Shown here: positions 40,101-55,100 of the stretch, one piece after another
Layout: each line of letters starts with the position of its first letter
Position numbering within the stretch: the stretch's first letter is position 1
Notes under the pieces: model-generated
Seen by the model: only the letters and a program-made list of their open reading frames with translations
The model's database searches: none
Told to the model about the DNA's origin: nothing
Position numbers and translations under genes: made by a program
Assembly (NCBI RefSeq): GCF_009834535.1
Contig: NC_045696.1
Span: 12,712,001-12,776,000, forward strand
Length of the DNA: 64,000 nt
Reading direction: 5' to 3'
Origin: Camelus ferus
Lineage: Eukaryota

Positions 40101-43100
40101 CACAACAATCTGGGGAAATTTAAATAAGACAATAATATATGTATCATTCTACACATTCATGAAAACAAGAAAAAAATCTCTTTTGCTTTTAAAGGTCAAG
40201 AATTTAAATCCCTTACCCTGCAACAAGCGAGGTGAGAAAATTTTTGAAGAAATCCAACTTTGGATCTGTAATGGACTGAGGGAGTTTGCTGATAAATGGC
40301 AGAAGATAAGGATATATGACAGTAGCTAGACCCCGACCTCCTTCACGAACCACAGCTGACAGCTTGGGAAACACACTTTTTTTTGCATTGACATGAAGCC
40401 AACAGTCCTTACCAAAAAAAAAAAAAGATTATGATGATATTTAGAGATCATAAACATACATATTCCAGTTAAGAGAGAAGACATATAGGCTCTCAAAAAT
40501 AAAAGTCAAGTATTCTACCTAAAAAGGGTAAAAATCTCTTACCACCATTAAAAACTAAAACCCTGAAATTATAAGAAATTTATTATAGTAATCACATATC
40601 CGACTGGCTTCCAGGGCAATATTGATCAAAAATAATTACTTAACTTATAATATTTCTATTAAAGTTGCCCTCTAAAAGGGACAGCAATATTTAATATTAA
40701 ATATAAGGTTCTGATATGCTGACTTCATTGGGCCCAAATAAGGTTTAGAGAATAATCAATACTGGCTGAACTGAAAGAAAAATAAAAACTCTATGTCATT
40801 TTATAGTCAGTTTATGATTTACATCAAGTTTTGGATTAAATATTTTATTTCCAAGAAAGCATTTCTCCAGTAAGTTTTCAATATTATAATCTGGTAGGCT
40901 TTCTTGGATGATATCTAAGAATTCTAAAGTACAACTGAAAAACAGGTATTCCCAGATGGACTAAACGTACCACTCTTACATACCTCAATAGTCGTAAGTG
41001 TATAAAGTACAGCTTCCCAGAGAGCTGGGCATACAGTGGGGTCACTGTCATCAATGCTAAGAAGAACAGACGGGCTCACTTTAGATGCTTCTTCTTTCAT
41101 CAACTGTGGAATACGCTGGCACAAAGCAGAAACTAACTCAAAATAAGCTGAGCGGATCTAAAAGAAAAAAAGGAAAGCTGAATTAAATTAAAGTCTAGTA
41201 AAGCTATGATAAGATTTTTTTATTTATGGGTAAACAGCAGGTAGGTTTATTCATATTAACCCTCCTTCCAATAAAACTAAAAGGGCTAGAAAAAATACTT
41301 TTTAATATCTTCTTGAGAATATCACACGGCTGAAAAGACATTAGGAATTACCAAGCCAAAAGTGAAGGTGGAAAGAATTCAACTTTCTACCTCTTTGGCT
41401 AAAGCAAATACAAATCCCCTCCAGTGTCAGACGTCTTCATTTGGGGGCTCAAGTTATTCCTATGAGTATACTAGCCAATACAAAGTTAAACACAGTCAAA
41501 CAAAAAATAAGATAGCATGATCCACTATTACCAGAAACAAAAGAAAACAGAAATATGAGGTTTTATTTATTTATTAATTTATTAATGGAGGTACTGGGGA
41601 TTGAACCCAGGACCTTGCACATTCTAGGCATGCACTCTACCACTGAGCTATATACCCTTCCCCCAGAAATATGAGACTTTAAATTTAAGAATTATCTGTC
41701 AGTTATAAACAGCATATCAACATTGTTTATTATTTTTATGGAAACACAAGTTTAAAGAAATCTGAAAGGATTAGAAAAAAGACAGCAGATCTGGAAAAGA
41801 ACAAAGCACAATTCCTAAACTAAAAATAAATAAATACACAAATAAATAAATAAAAGCACAATTTATAGTTTAAGAGCATCGGACTTAACATTGAGAGTCT
41901 ACAACTATTTCCATTCAAGTCAGGAACAAGAAAAGGATGCCTCTACCACTACTTTTATTCAATATGATGCTGAGGACCTAATTAATACAGAGAAAAGGAA
42001 AAGAAAAGAAAAGAAAAAAAAACTGGAAAGTAATGCAAATAACTATTATCATAGCAAAATAACAGACTACAAAAAAATATTTTTAAGTCTGAAGACAAAC
42101 TACAAGAACTAACAGGAGTTTGGCAGAGTTGCTGAATACAAAATTAACACACAAAGTATAGACTTCCTATACAGCAGAACCCAAAAGAAAATGTAATCAA
42201 AAAAGAACACCCATTTCATGATAGTAAGAAAATCCATAAAGATATGTTTAGTATGAAGCATATTATAAAATAATGTTTTAGGATGGCAAGGGCCTAATAT
42301 AGCCTCAACAACTGAGAAAAAGAAGAACAAAGTTGGAGGGTTTCAAGACAAACTATAAAACAGTAATAATCAAGACTGTGGTAATGGTGTAAAGACAGAC
42401 ATAAAATGTAATGGAATAAAGAGCCCAAAATTAAAATCCCACATACATGGTCAACTGAGTTTTGACAGAGGTGCCAGAGTGGGAAAAAAGAAAGTCTTTT
42501 CAACAAATAGATACATATACAAAGAAGAATTTAACCTGCATCTTTATGCCATAACAAAAATTAACTCTAAACAGACCTAAACTATAAAACTTCTACAATA
42601 AAATATTAAAAATCTTTGCAACCTTGAGGTAGGCAAAAATTCCTTAGTTAAGACACCAAAAGTATGAGCCATAAAAGAAAAAAAAAAAGATAAACTGGAC
42701 TTCAAAACAGTTCTCTCCAAAAACCATGAACAAAATGAAAAGGCAAGCCACAAACTAGAAGAAAACATTCATGATACTTTATCTGACAAAATACTTGTAT
42801 CCAGAATAAAAAAAGCCATCCATAACTCAAAAATAAAAATCAAAACCCAAATTTAAACCTAGGCAAAAGAATATGGAGTAATGAGAGTTTGATATATTGA
42901 TCTTTCTGCAAAGAACTATAGACTCTTAACAACTATCTGAGGGCTCTGAAGACTGAAATACACAATTTGGAGGGGGGAATCAAAACTTGGAGGAAGCAGT
43001 TCACACATGTTGAGTTCCCATTTTGTGCAGCTTTGCCCTGAAGGTGGCTGCAGTTGCCACCACCAAGGCACAGGGGCAGCTACAACTCCAACAGAAAGCC

Positions 43101-46100
43101 TTAGGTCCTTCTGGTCGGAGGAACTGGAAGAAGAAGGAAGGGGAACCCAGGTTAACCACGGATGCAAGAGAGAGATAGGAAACTTTCGAAAGGAGAGAAC
43201 CAAAGAAAAGAATCCCCACATTCTGTGTGTAAACACACTATATCTACATCTGACACTTGAACCATGCACTCGCAGGATAAACTGAAAGCAGCTTAAAGCT
43301 AAAGCTTAAGGAACTGAACTGAGATCTAAGATGTTGCCCTCTGCGGGCATGATAGTTTGCCGTTTGAGTCTAACCAAGTTGATTGGCCACTAACATAAAG
43401 ACATCAACACCCTCTGGAGCAACATAAAATAATCCAGTCTCCAAAACATAATATTCTATGATACAATCTAAATATCTACATCTAGGATATAATCTAAAAT
43501 TACTCAACCTATAAAAGTTAGGAAAATGTGATCCTATCTCAAGGGATAAGACAATTAACTGATGCCAATCCCAAGATAACCCAGATGTTATTATCAGACA
43601 TAGATTTTAAAGCAGATATTATAACTATATGCAGTGAAGTAAAGAAAAGTATGGTAATAATGAATGAAAAAGCAGGAAATAAATACATGTCAATATACAT
43701 TTGTCCAAACCTACAGAATATACAACACCAACAGTGAATCCTAATGTAAATTATGGATTCTGGAATGATGTATCAATGGAGGGTCATCACTTGTAAAAAA
43801 TGTACCACTCTGGTGAGGGGATGTTGATAGGGGGAGGATATGTATGTGAGGGGCAGGAGGCATATGGGATATCTCTGAACTTTTTCAATTTTGCTGTGAA
43901 CCTAAAACTGCTCTTAAAGTCTTTTTTTTTTAAACACATTAAAAACCATTCAGATCTTGTAGTAACCTATAATAAAAAAGAATATGAAAACAAATATATG
44001 TATATAAATGTATGACTGAGACATTGTGCTATACATCAGAAACTGACACAACACTGTAAACTGACTATACTTCAATAAAAAAAATTTTGAAAACCTAGTT
44101 TTATTAAGTAACATATATTAAGTTAAAAACACAGCCAATGTTTTCTAACAAGAGTAAGTGGAAAGTAGCCTTTAAAAATTGTGTAAAAATTAAAAATTTT
44201 AAGAATCCTTATAAATAGGAAATTTCATCAAATAAGTAGAAAATACAAAAAACAAATAGAAATTTAAAATATTAAATAAAAAATGAGCAAAAAGGTTAAA
44301 TAGACACCTCAGAAAAAAAAAGATACACAAATGGCCAATAAGCACATTGAAAAGATGTTTGATATCATTAGCCAGCAGGAAAATGCAAATTAAAACCACA
44401 ATGAAAAATCTCTACCCCAGAGGTCAGTAAACATATTCTTTAAAGAGCCAGAAAATAAATATTTTAGAATTTACAAGCCATATGCTCTCTTAATTCTGCA
44501 ATGTTAGCAGTAAGCAGCCACAAACAATATAAAAACGATTCACAAAAACAGGTCATGTGTGCCAGATTTTGACCCATGAGCTGTAACTTGCAAATCCCTG
44601 ATCCTACACCCATGAGAATGACTTAAAACAATGGACAACGTGGAAGTAAAGATATGGAGCAACTAAAAAAATTTCATACATTGCTGATAAGAGTGTAAAA
44701 TAGTACAACCACTTTGAAATACTGATACATGCAACAACAAAGAATCTTAAAATCATGCTGAGCAAAAGAAGCCAGATACAGAGTAATAAATAGCTCCATA
44801 ATATGAAAATCTAAAAAGACAAATCTAATCTGTGACAGAAAGTAGATCAATGGTTGCCTGGGGTAAGGGAGAGGACTAGCAGGGACACAAGGTCCTCCTT
44901 TTGGGTGATAAAAATGTTTTATACCCTGACTTCAGTGGTTACGTGGGTACGTACACGTAGATGAGTGTGTATATCTGCCAAAACTCATAAAACTTTATGC
45001 TTAAAATGGCTACATTTTATTGAGTGTAAATTATACCCTAATAAAATTTGTTTAAAAGATTATTCTAGGATTTTTTTTAAATACCTGAATAAATTGAGAG
45101 ATGTGATAGTAGCATCAGGTTCAATAACCTAAAGACAGTCAATCTTCTCAAACCATTCAGTGCAACCCCAATCAAAATTCCAGTTGGATTTTTTTTTTTG
45201 AGGAATTCAATAAACTTACTTAAATTTATATAGAAGAGTAAAGTTCTAAAACAACTTAGTCAGACTTGAAGATGAGAAAAAGAGTGACTTACTTGAGCAA
45301 TTACTAGGACATATCATAATGTCACATTAACAGTGGTACTGGCATAAGAAGAAACAAAGACCAAGAGATCAGAAGATCAGAGTTTTGAGAAAAACTCATG
45401 AACACACGGGAATTTAATGTACCATAATGGCAGGACCATAAATCAATGTGGAAAGAATAAACAGTTTACCAGGTGATGTTAGAAAAAGTGGCTCACTATA
45501 CATGAAGAGAAATATAACTAGATCTCCACTTAAAACCATATAAAAAGGTGGATTATTGATGGATTAAAGACTTCATATGAAAGGTAAAACTACTTAAAAA
45601 AAGATATACCTGTCAAAGAAGATACAGCTATTACAAATATAAGAGTATCTTTAAGAGTTAAAACTGCAAAAGGCTTTCATAAGGCAAAAATCAGTGGGTT
45701 TGATTATATTTAAATTAAGATTTCTTTATAACAGAGGACACATGAAAGGTAACAGAATAGGAGATTATTTACAATGCCTAAAAATGACAAAATGACTAAT
45801 ATTTAAAATATACACAGAACTCCAGTAAAATAAGAAAAAGAGAACTCCAACAGAAAAAAAAAAAAGAAAGATACAAACAAGTAGTTTACAGAAGAAACAC
45901 AAAAATCTAAAAAGCTTATGAAGAGATGCTAAAAGTCACTATTCAGGAGAGTAATTAAAAGAGATCATCTGAACTCCTAATTAGACTGATAAGGAACAGC
46001 GCTGGCTAGAATACAAGGCTATAGAGTATTCATCACGTATTGATGGTTGAGTCTAGAGTAACGAGCCAATCAGGGGAGCAATCTGGCATGCCTTCAGCAA

Positions 46101-49100
46101 ATTAAATATGCATATACTCTTTGACTCAGTAATTCAGAAACTGAATTCCAGAAAAAGAAATTCTCACAGATCTGGGGAAACATGAAGATGCTCACTGCTG
46201 CCTTGTTTGTGACAGTAGGGAGTCAGAAGCAATCAGGATGTCTGTCACTGGGAAAATAGACAGGCAAAATGGAATGAATGCAACCTTCTGAATATCATAC
46301 AGCAGTTAGAAGCCATGGACCAGATATACATAAAGGAATGTGATGGATTTAAAGGACTTTATTACTTTTTAAAAAATTACTAAGTAGAAAGCAATACATG
46401 GGATGAAATATAACACAGTATCATTTATGTGAATTAAAAACACATGCAAAAAGGCTGTGATGAGCCTAACAGAAAAAATTAGACAAGCTTCATTTAGGCA
46501 TGATGTCCAGTGCTGCTGTGTGGGAGTTCAATGTTAATGAACCAATACTACACATTAAACAAGGTGTCTTTACACAGACACACATAAAACAAGGTTACAG
46601 ACTGACCAACTGTCAAAAATGTTGTGACCAGAGACTCACAGGAACCTAATCCTGTATTTCCCCTAAGAGCAAATGCTTCAGTATTCACTAATTTCAGTGT
46701 TTGTGGGACTTCTCAGAACATAATTACCATAAATAACAAGAATCGACTACACAAACAAAAGCACAAACATTAACCACATTTAGATGGTCAGCTGATGGAG
46801 GCAGAGAATGAACAAAAAGAGACAGAAGGGAAAAATTAAATATTTAAACGAGAAGAGCCTTGCACACACCCACAACTTAAAAGTGCCACAAATAGAGGAG
46901 GAGGATGGTTCAACTTTGATTCTGAGGTCCCCATAACTAAATAGAAAAAGTGAAAATACAGTAACATTATAGTGAGAGAAACAATTCAGTTCCACCACAA
47001 AAATGTGTTTTCAGAGTTTTAAACATAAACAATAAACATAAAGCATAAATAAAAAGTAACAAGATCAGGGGAACAAAGGAATCAGAGAAATGTCTTAAAA
47101 TAAAAAAGATTAAGATACCTGAGGTATACTGTGTTTTCCATACTTCCAAAACTTATTCTGTGATAACAGAGACTTAAACTTCTCCTCCAGAGAATCAAGC
47201 TCATTATCAGGTAAGAGGCAGAGCAATTTCTTTAATGCCAATAAAGAACAAGTTACAACCCGATAGAATTTAGCTTCTCTCTCTTCTTCTGGAACAGTTC
47301 TTGATGTAAAAAGAAAATACATATACATAAGGACTGAGAATAAGACAAACTTACATATTTGGAACTTCTATTTTAAATGTTTTATTATTAAATATCTACC
47401 AAAGTCGCTTTATTTCTATGATCATTCTCCCTGTGCTAAGCGCCCCCCAAATACAAACATACATAGAATTTTAATCATATATTTTTCAAATAACACAGGA
47501 TGAAAGTAGATGAAAAGCCATGGCTTGTAATAACTGTTCAAGTACACTGCTCTCAGCAGCAGTTAATAGAGTGATTCCAAATAAATAACACTGCCTGTAA
47601 GATTATTTTCCCTTACAGACTTTTATAGTTTGATTAGAACATAACAGTAAAAAGTAAATGGAACATTTTACTATTTGTTCAATACAACTACTCATAGTTA
47701 GTCAATTATTTTCAAAAAGACCTTAAAATGGTTCCTGCTATTCATGTCAAAAGGTAAATGTGGGAAAAAAATCTAAAAACATCTCCATAAAAGAACCAAA
47801 TGTATGAGCTCCCAGATAATTCAAGTTAAATAGTGGGACAACTTGCAGGTAAAGCCACTTAAAATAGAACCTGGCATATAGAACTGTACTGAGTATTGTC
47901 ATCTCTACATTTAGAACCCCTTTTTTTAAGGTCACATTGAAATTATCATCTTATGACCTAAAAGTGAAACACAGTTTCACTTAACCTGAGTTACACAGAT
48001 ACCATACAACTTACTGTGGGTCACTGAGCGTATCAGGCGTTTCTTTTATAAGATGATCCTGCAGCACCTACAGAGGGGAAAAATCCCATAGCCATGAGAT
48101 TTTATTGAATTGTCAATGGTAAAAAGTCAGAGCATAAACCTCATCTAATCTAAAAGTTTTCATTCCCTTCCCCAAAAAAGCAGCAAAATTAAGTAGCAAA
48201 ACTAAAACATTTGAACTTAGTACCTATTTTTTTCCTATCAATCCCCAAGGTTGGCTGCTGTTGGCGTAAGGAAGGATAGGGTGCTATTTCCAAACACCTC
48301 CCATATCCATCCTGAGGGCTTTTCCCCTAAATTCTCCTGGTCTCATGCTTCTCCACTCTTCCTGCACACAGCAGTGAAGTGAAAGGGATACCCGATTAGC
48401 AAGTTTGGGAGAGAATTTGGCTCTGCTTTCCTCGCCCCCCTTTTTTGAGCACCTCCCTGCTCACAGAGAAGAACACACACTGTTCTCTGCTCCATCATGG
48501 AGGAAGGCCTAAGGTTCCATTTGAAATGGTGAGTAAGTCTGCTTAGTTCTGGGGTACAGTACTAGCAAGTCTATTGCTCCAGTATCAATTTTATCAGCAA
48601 TAACAGTAACTAACATTTATTAAGCTTTTCCACCTGCCAAGTATTGCTTTGAGTACATTTCATGCGTTGACTAAATTAATCCTCACACAACTCAATGAAG
48701 TACAAGCTAATCTCCACTTTAACAGATGAGGAAATGGAGGCATAGAAACTTGCCCATGGTCAAAAACCTCAACTGTCAGAGTGGGACTGAAACCCAATGA
48801 TAGGACCCAAAGTCCATGTCCATATAGATAGTATGACATTTTGATCTTCATTTGCCTAACTCCTCTTTAACAAATTGGTTTTTCACTGGGGAAAGTTCAA
48901 ACCCAGTATCTGTATAACCATGACATAGATGACTAAAGGGAAAATAATGGAGGAAACAATCCACATACTCAACGATCAGTTATTCATCCATACAAAGCCA
49001 AGAACAAAAAACCACACAGACAATGAACAGCCAAATTAGCTGTCTCAAAATCCATTTTCTAAAGCTCTTAGTGTCCAAATTCATGATACTTCATTCTCAT

Positions 49101-52100
49101 CACATTTAGAACTTGGTATTTTAAATAAACCAATGATTCTTAATTTACAGTTGGGTTAGAGAACTCCCTTTGAGAATATGATTAAAGCTACAAACGCTCA
49201 CCCTAGTAAAACCACCTTGGTACGCCAGAAAAATAAATAGAAGAACCAAGAACTCAATGGGAAACTAGAATGCATATATGTGCAAGTATAGATACTGGGT
49301 AAGAGATCAGACAGGAAAGGACTAGACCATGCAAAGCCCTGTAGGCCAAGATAAAAAACCTGGACTTGTAAGTATAGTGGGAAACCACAGAAAAGTTGAC
49401 TAATTGAAAGGAGGCAGGAAGGGAGAAAGGAGGGTAAGGGAGAGGCTGTGTAAGTAGGATTATACATGGGTGCTATGGAAATACAAGAGTACTAAATAAG
49501 GGAATGAACGCAAGCATAATTTTTTTTTTAAATCCTCACTTCTCCTCAATGGAGAATCACAGTCCACATACTTTTACTTCTTGGTATAATACTAACAAAC
49601 TTGATTGTCTTGTTTTTTTCCAGTCCATATAATAGGAATAGCAAATAAGGAGGGAAAAAATGAGGAAGAACAGTATTAAATACAAATTGAAAGCCACAAA
49701 AGTTATGGCTGGTATCAGTCTGGTCATGTGTTGGAGAAATGCATATCTGTTAATGGGAGTATAAATTTGGCCTTTTGAAGGGCAATTTATCAGTATCTAT
49801 AAAAATGCTAAATGTTCTCATACTTTGATCCAATATATGGTTACCAGAAGTTCTGGTAATTCTCACTCCCACAAGGTATGAAGAGATCTATCCAAGAATG
49901 TTCACTGAAGCACAGTTTTTGTTACCATAAAAAAATGGGCGAAGACCCCAAATGCATATTAAAAGGAAGGAAGTTAAATAAACTGTTGTATATCTCTACA
50001 AAGGAATACCAGGATGATAGATCTCTATACATGTACTGATATGGAAACACGGGGAAAAGTAAGTTTAGATTTAATTTTTGGATATATTCTTTTTTTGATC
50101 ATACATTACAAAGCATATACCTAAGTTTTTTAGATATGATAAATTAAGATATATTAAAAAAAAAAAAGATGGAAAATTTAAATAATTTAGAAAAATCTAA
50201 TCCAAAAAGTTAATTATGTTTAAAAAGCCAAAATGCTCATTTCTGTTAAACACCATTTTAAAAAGGCAGTCTTCCATTAAAAATATTTCACTTCTCATTC
50301 CCTCACAATGCTTGTTAAAAGAGCTGCCTTTGTAAAATGCCTTACATTCCCTTAAATACTTTAAAAAAATGGATACAGAATGGTTCCAAGGACTTACACT
50401 TGTAATTTCATCCTTACAAAATGCTATGGCTTCAGGTTGCTTGCCTGGAGGGAAAGCTGCTTCAAAGGCATCTTTCGCTGCACATGCAGCTGGTGTGTAA
50501 GTATCACACTGAGCCATTAGCCAGTAGCCCATTAAACTTTTTAAATAAGGAGCCAAGTGTTTCTTTACTTTAAGGATAAGTTTTTCAAAAGCTTGCTGTG
50601 TGGCTTCTCGAACCCGACGATCATGATCCTATTGAAAATATAATATGGTTTAAAACAGCTCTAACCCATAAAAACAAATATAGACATTTCTGGCTATGCT
50701 ATGATGACCCATTAATAAGAATTCACCTATACGCAGAGCTAAATCCAAAACCAATCATTATGTGAAAAAATGTATTAATTTTTCCTTTCCCCATTTTCCC
50801 AATGAGATAAAAACGACTGCATTCAAGAAAGAGTCATGGCTAAGCACTGAATAATTAAGCAATTCATTCTCATTCTTCTGTAGCAAACATACAAAGAAAT
50901 TACATTGTCAGAATTTACTATGACTGAAAAGTGGGTAATTCTATGGTAATGACCTATTTTCTGAAAACACAGACTCCCTGTACAGTTTTTACAACCCAAA
51001 ATGATCCAATCTGCATAATAACACTGACATAACATTTCATAACCCTCACTGAAAATGAATCATGTAAATTTGACAGTCTCTACAACTTTAACCAAAAACA
51101 AAACAAAACCTAACAAAAACAAGAACAAAAACCCACAAAAGAAATAAACTAGTAAAGTCTTAATACTTACAAGTGAAATTTTGCAGAAAATTCTTGGCCA
51201 GTATGGAAGAACTCCTTTTACAATTTCTGTGTCTCTCTCTGTACACATGGTTCCAAATTCCTGCATAGCCTAAAAGTAAAATGTTAAAATCGCTTAGGAT
51301 CCACAATCATAACGTTGGCTACTGATTATATTTATGCTGTTTAGAAACTCAGTCTATTTTATGTGATGTGAGAATGCATTGTTTCTGCTTGTGCCATATG
51401 CGACTAATTTGAAGAATTCCTTCACACATTACTATGGTAGAAATTTTCAGTTGTTTAAAAAAAAAACATAAAACATACACAAACAGAAAACCCCATTTAA
51501 AATTATAGTGTCAAAATTACATTCCCTAACAGGAAAAAAATGTACAACCAGAATTCCAAAGTGATTCCAAAAAGTGCAGAGCAACAAACTAACTTAAAAC
51601 CCAGAAAATAAGTGTAAATTGAAGTTTGTGTCAGAAAAAAAGTACAATTGTAGAAGTACTTATCAGTGATAACTAGTTCTTCATTTTCCTTTACATAAAA
51701 AATGTCAATGACATCTTAAGAAAAATATTTTCTTGATCATTTTAATAGAAACAATAAAACTTGCTTTTAGTTTTGTTGTGACATCTTTCTTAGAAAGTTT
51801 CCGCAGCACCATTCGGAAATCAGAATCCACAAGACTGTCTATTTCTTCAGCTCCTTGAATAGCAGGGACATAGCCTAGGTCACTCTGAAATGTTCCAAAA
51901 CCAATAAATCCTGGCACTGTTCCCTGTTCCTTGGCAAGAAGTTCTGCAGCTCGGCCACTGTTTGAAGGCTAGTAAGAAGGAAGGGAGAAAAGAAGTCAGA
52001 ATCCAGGAAGAGTTCAAAATTTAACTTTGAGTTCTTTATTTTTTTAATTAACTAATTAATTTTTTAGAGTAATTCTTTTTTAGAGTGGTTCTTTAGGTAA

Positions 52101-55100
52101 TTCCTTGACAATTCCCACAATGAAACAAACTTTTATTTGAGGACATTTTTTCCCCCAGTCTAAGATTTTATCTATTGCAATGTTCCTCTAAGACGAATCT
52201 TTCTGTCATCAAGAATTTATCAATAATGATCCTAGGAGTTATTTCCTGGTTTCCTAAACATCAGAATGCTTTTAAAATTGTGATTACAAACTATTAGAGG
52301 CTCATAATATCAACTTAATGGGCCACAACCACATTTTAAAGAAATAGACAAAATTTTAAAAATCAGAATGCATCACATACAGTAAGAATAAGTACTGTTT
52401 TACTAAATTTTTTATTTCCAACTTTTGTACAAATAGTATGTATACACACATATGTGTACTGTGTAATGATGTAAAATTAACTCATAAATGGATTACATCT
52501 TTTCATTCATCCACTCATTCAACAAACATTTATTAAGCAACTACCATAGGACAAGTCTAATGATAGCTACTTCTACACCAGGAATTCTTTATGGGCAGAC
52601 AATCATTTCCACATACCCAAAGCCTAGCCGAATCTCTTTAGGCTAAAATAGTTATAAATTATATTACTATAGACATAAAAATCAATACAATGGCCAGGAT
52701 ATAAGATACACTCCTTTGTTTTGAACCATAGTCAGTGGTTTGTTTGACTGATACACAGTACAGTAGTTTCCTAGTACTACAAGTTAAGGGGTCTGTTAGG
52801 ACAGGGAAAAGAAAATATTTTAAATGTTGAAAGAAATTAATGTATTCATTGTCATTTCAAAGGAAAATGCCTTAGTTCAATGTCCACAATGATATCACAT
52901 AAACCCATATAAACTCACCTGTTTCTTATTTCTCTGTAAAAATGTCTAAAAATCCAAATGTGTGACTCAATTTGCTCACACCTAGCAAAACTGTGTTTGG
53001 GAAACTCATTTATCAAGGAATAATCATCTGTACTACTTTCTAAACTGAACTGAGTGAACAGAAATGAAAATGATGGCCTAAATTAATTTTTTCACGACAG
53101 TAGCATTTAAGACTAATTTTTTAAAAGATTCTCTATTTTAAAACTTTATTGAAATGAATTAACATTATTCAGTTCACCTTTCTCAGTACTGATACATTAA
53201 TAAAGAGCAATAAAGGAAGTTAGTGAATTACAATATAAATCTGAAAACTAAATATGACGACATTAAGACATTGGAATTTTATCTATAATCTTATGTGTAA
53301 ACAGTTTTATTATGAAACAGAATAATGAAATAGTATAAAAAACTAACTACTGTTAAAAGCTAAAGGAGTCAAAGCTAAATTGCAATTGACCTGAAGACCA
53401 AAGCTCACAGTGATAATTAGGTGCAGAAGAAAAGTATCAGATATCCAGTTTCAAAGTAATAAATTATTTTAAAATATACGAATTGTATCTTTTTCAATGT
53501 CTACTTTTAATTTAAAATGTAGTTACTGTTTCTTGCTACTTCCTCTACTGTGGGTTACTTATACCCACAGTTCAAAAATTAAGAACCTTGATTCTATTTC
53601 TGGCAGTTAATTTTCCTATAATACACCTACTTCATTCTTTTGTGCCTGGTTTCTAGAGGTACTTGAGGTGGCAATCCTGAGTCTACAGTTTAAAGGCCAA
53701 ATTCAGGAAGACTTACAAGATCTTTCACCATCTGGCCTCAATCTCCCCAGTCATCTCCTGCCACTCTTTTCTTCCTTTATCCCACCTTCCACCTCCCCTC
53801 TCCCAATTTTGCTGCCAACATTTATGGTCTAGACCCAAATTGAATACAAAGTCCCCCGAATATGTTATGCTTTTTCACAATTTGGTTTTTATTGTATAAT
53901 CTTTTCTCTGCCTGAAAACCTTTCCTTCCTTTTTATTATTTGACAAACTCCTACTTATCCTTCAAAACACATTCATGTTTTCCACATTTGCCTCCCTTGG
54001 GTCAATCACCATTCTTTTCTGTTCTCTCACTTTCTTCTAGGATACCTCTATCATAATTCTTTAATGTAATTATTTGCTTATCTATGTCTATCATCCAACT
54101 AATAGCTAAGAACAGAAGAAATTTGTCTATCATCTTTGAATATATGGCATTCAGTATTCAAATTTCCTGTTGAAAAAATGACTGCCATTCTGAAGTTCAA
54201 ATCCCAACACTGCAACTTCCTGATTACACAAGTTTAAGCAAGTTAATTTCTGTAAGCCTCAGAATCATCATCTGTAAAACGAGGTAACAGTAACTAAATC
54301 ATTACTGAGGTGTTTCCGAGATTAAATATAAGTTTTTAAACCATCATAATAATAATTGATTCCAGCAAGAATCATCAAAGGATGTTAAAAACCATTGAAA
54401 GTTTATGAGAACAGGTTATTCCCAGTCTCAAACTACTACTCTAGTAATAATAATTTGTTAATAGCCAATGGAAAGAGACACTTATACAACAGACATCACC
54501 TTAACCAAGCGATTAAACAGATACGACCAATAATGGTACAAACAGGCATCACGTGCCCCCATGTTGTGAGACGCACTGAGAAAGACACATCATCTATGAA
54601 GCTTTTCTGTCAAAAAAATGTCTAACCTGAATCTAATCACAAGGAACAATTAGACAAATCTACACTAAGTAAATCAATTGCCTAGACTCTTCCAAATTGT
54701 CCATGTCATTAAAGAATCCCCCTCTAAAAAAAAGAAAAAGCCACTTGGAAATTGTCTAGATCTAAATAACTAAATGGAATGAGCGATCCTTGAATGGATC
54801 TTGGATGTTTTTTAAAATGCTGTATCTAAAATAAAAGTTACAGAGAACAACATTGAGATGATTATAGAAATCTGAATACAATAGTGTATTTAATTAGATA
54901 ATATACTGAAGTTAAAATTTCTGCATGTTATAATTGCTTATGGTTATGTAGAAGAATGGCACTGTTTTTAGAATATACATGCTTAAGTATTTAGGAGTTA
55001 AGTGTCATGATTTCTTCAACTAATTCTCATTTGGGTCAGCAAAATACATATATTTAGAGAGAGAAAGCAAACATGACCAAAGATTAACAGTTGGTGAACC

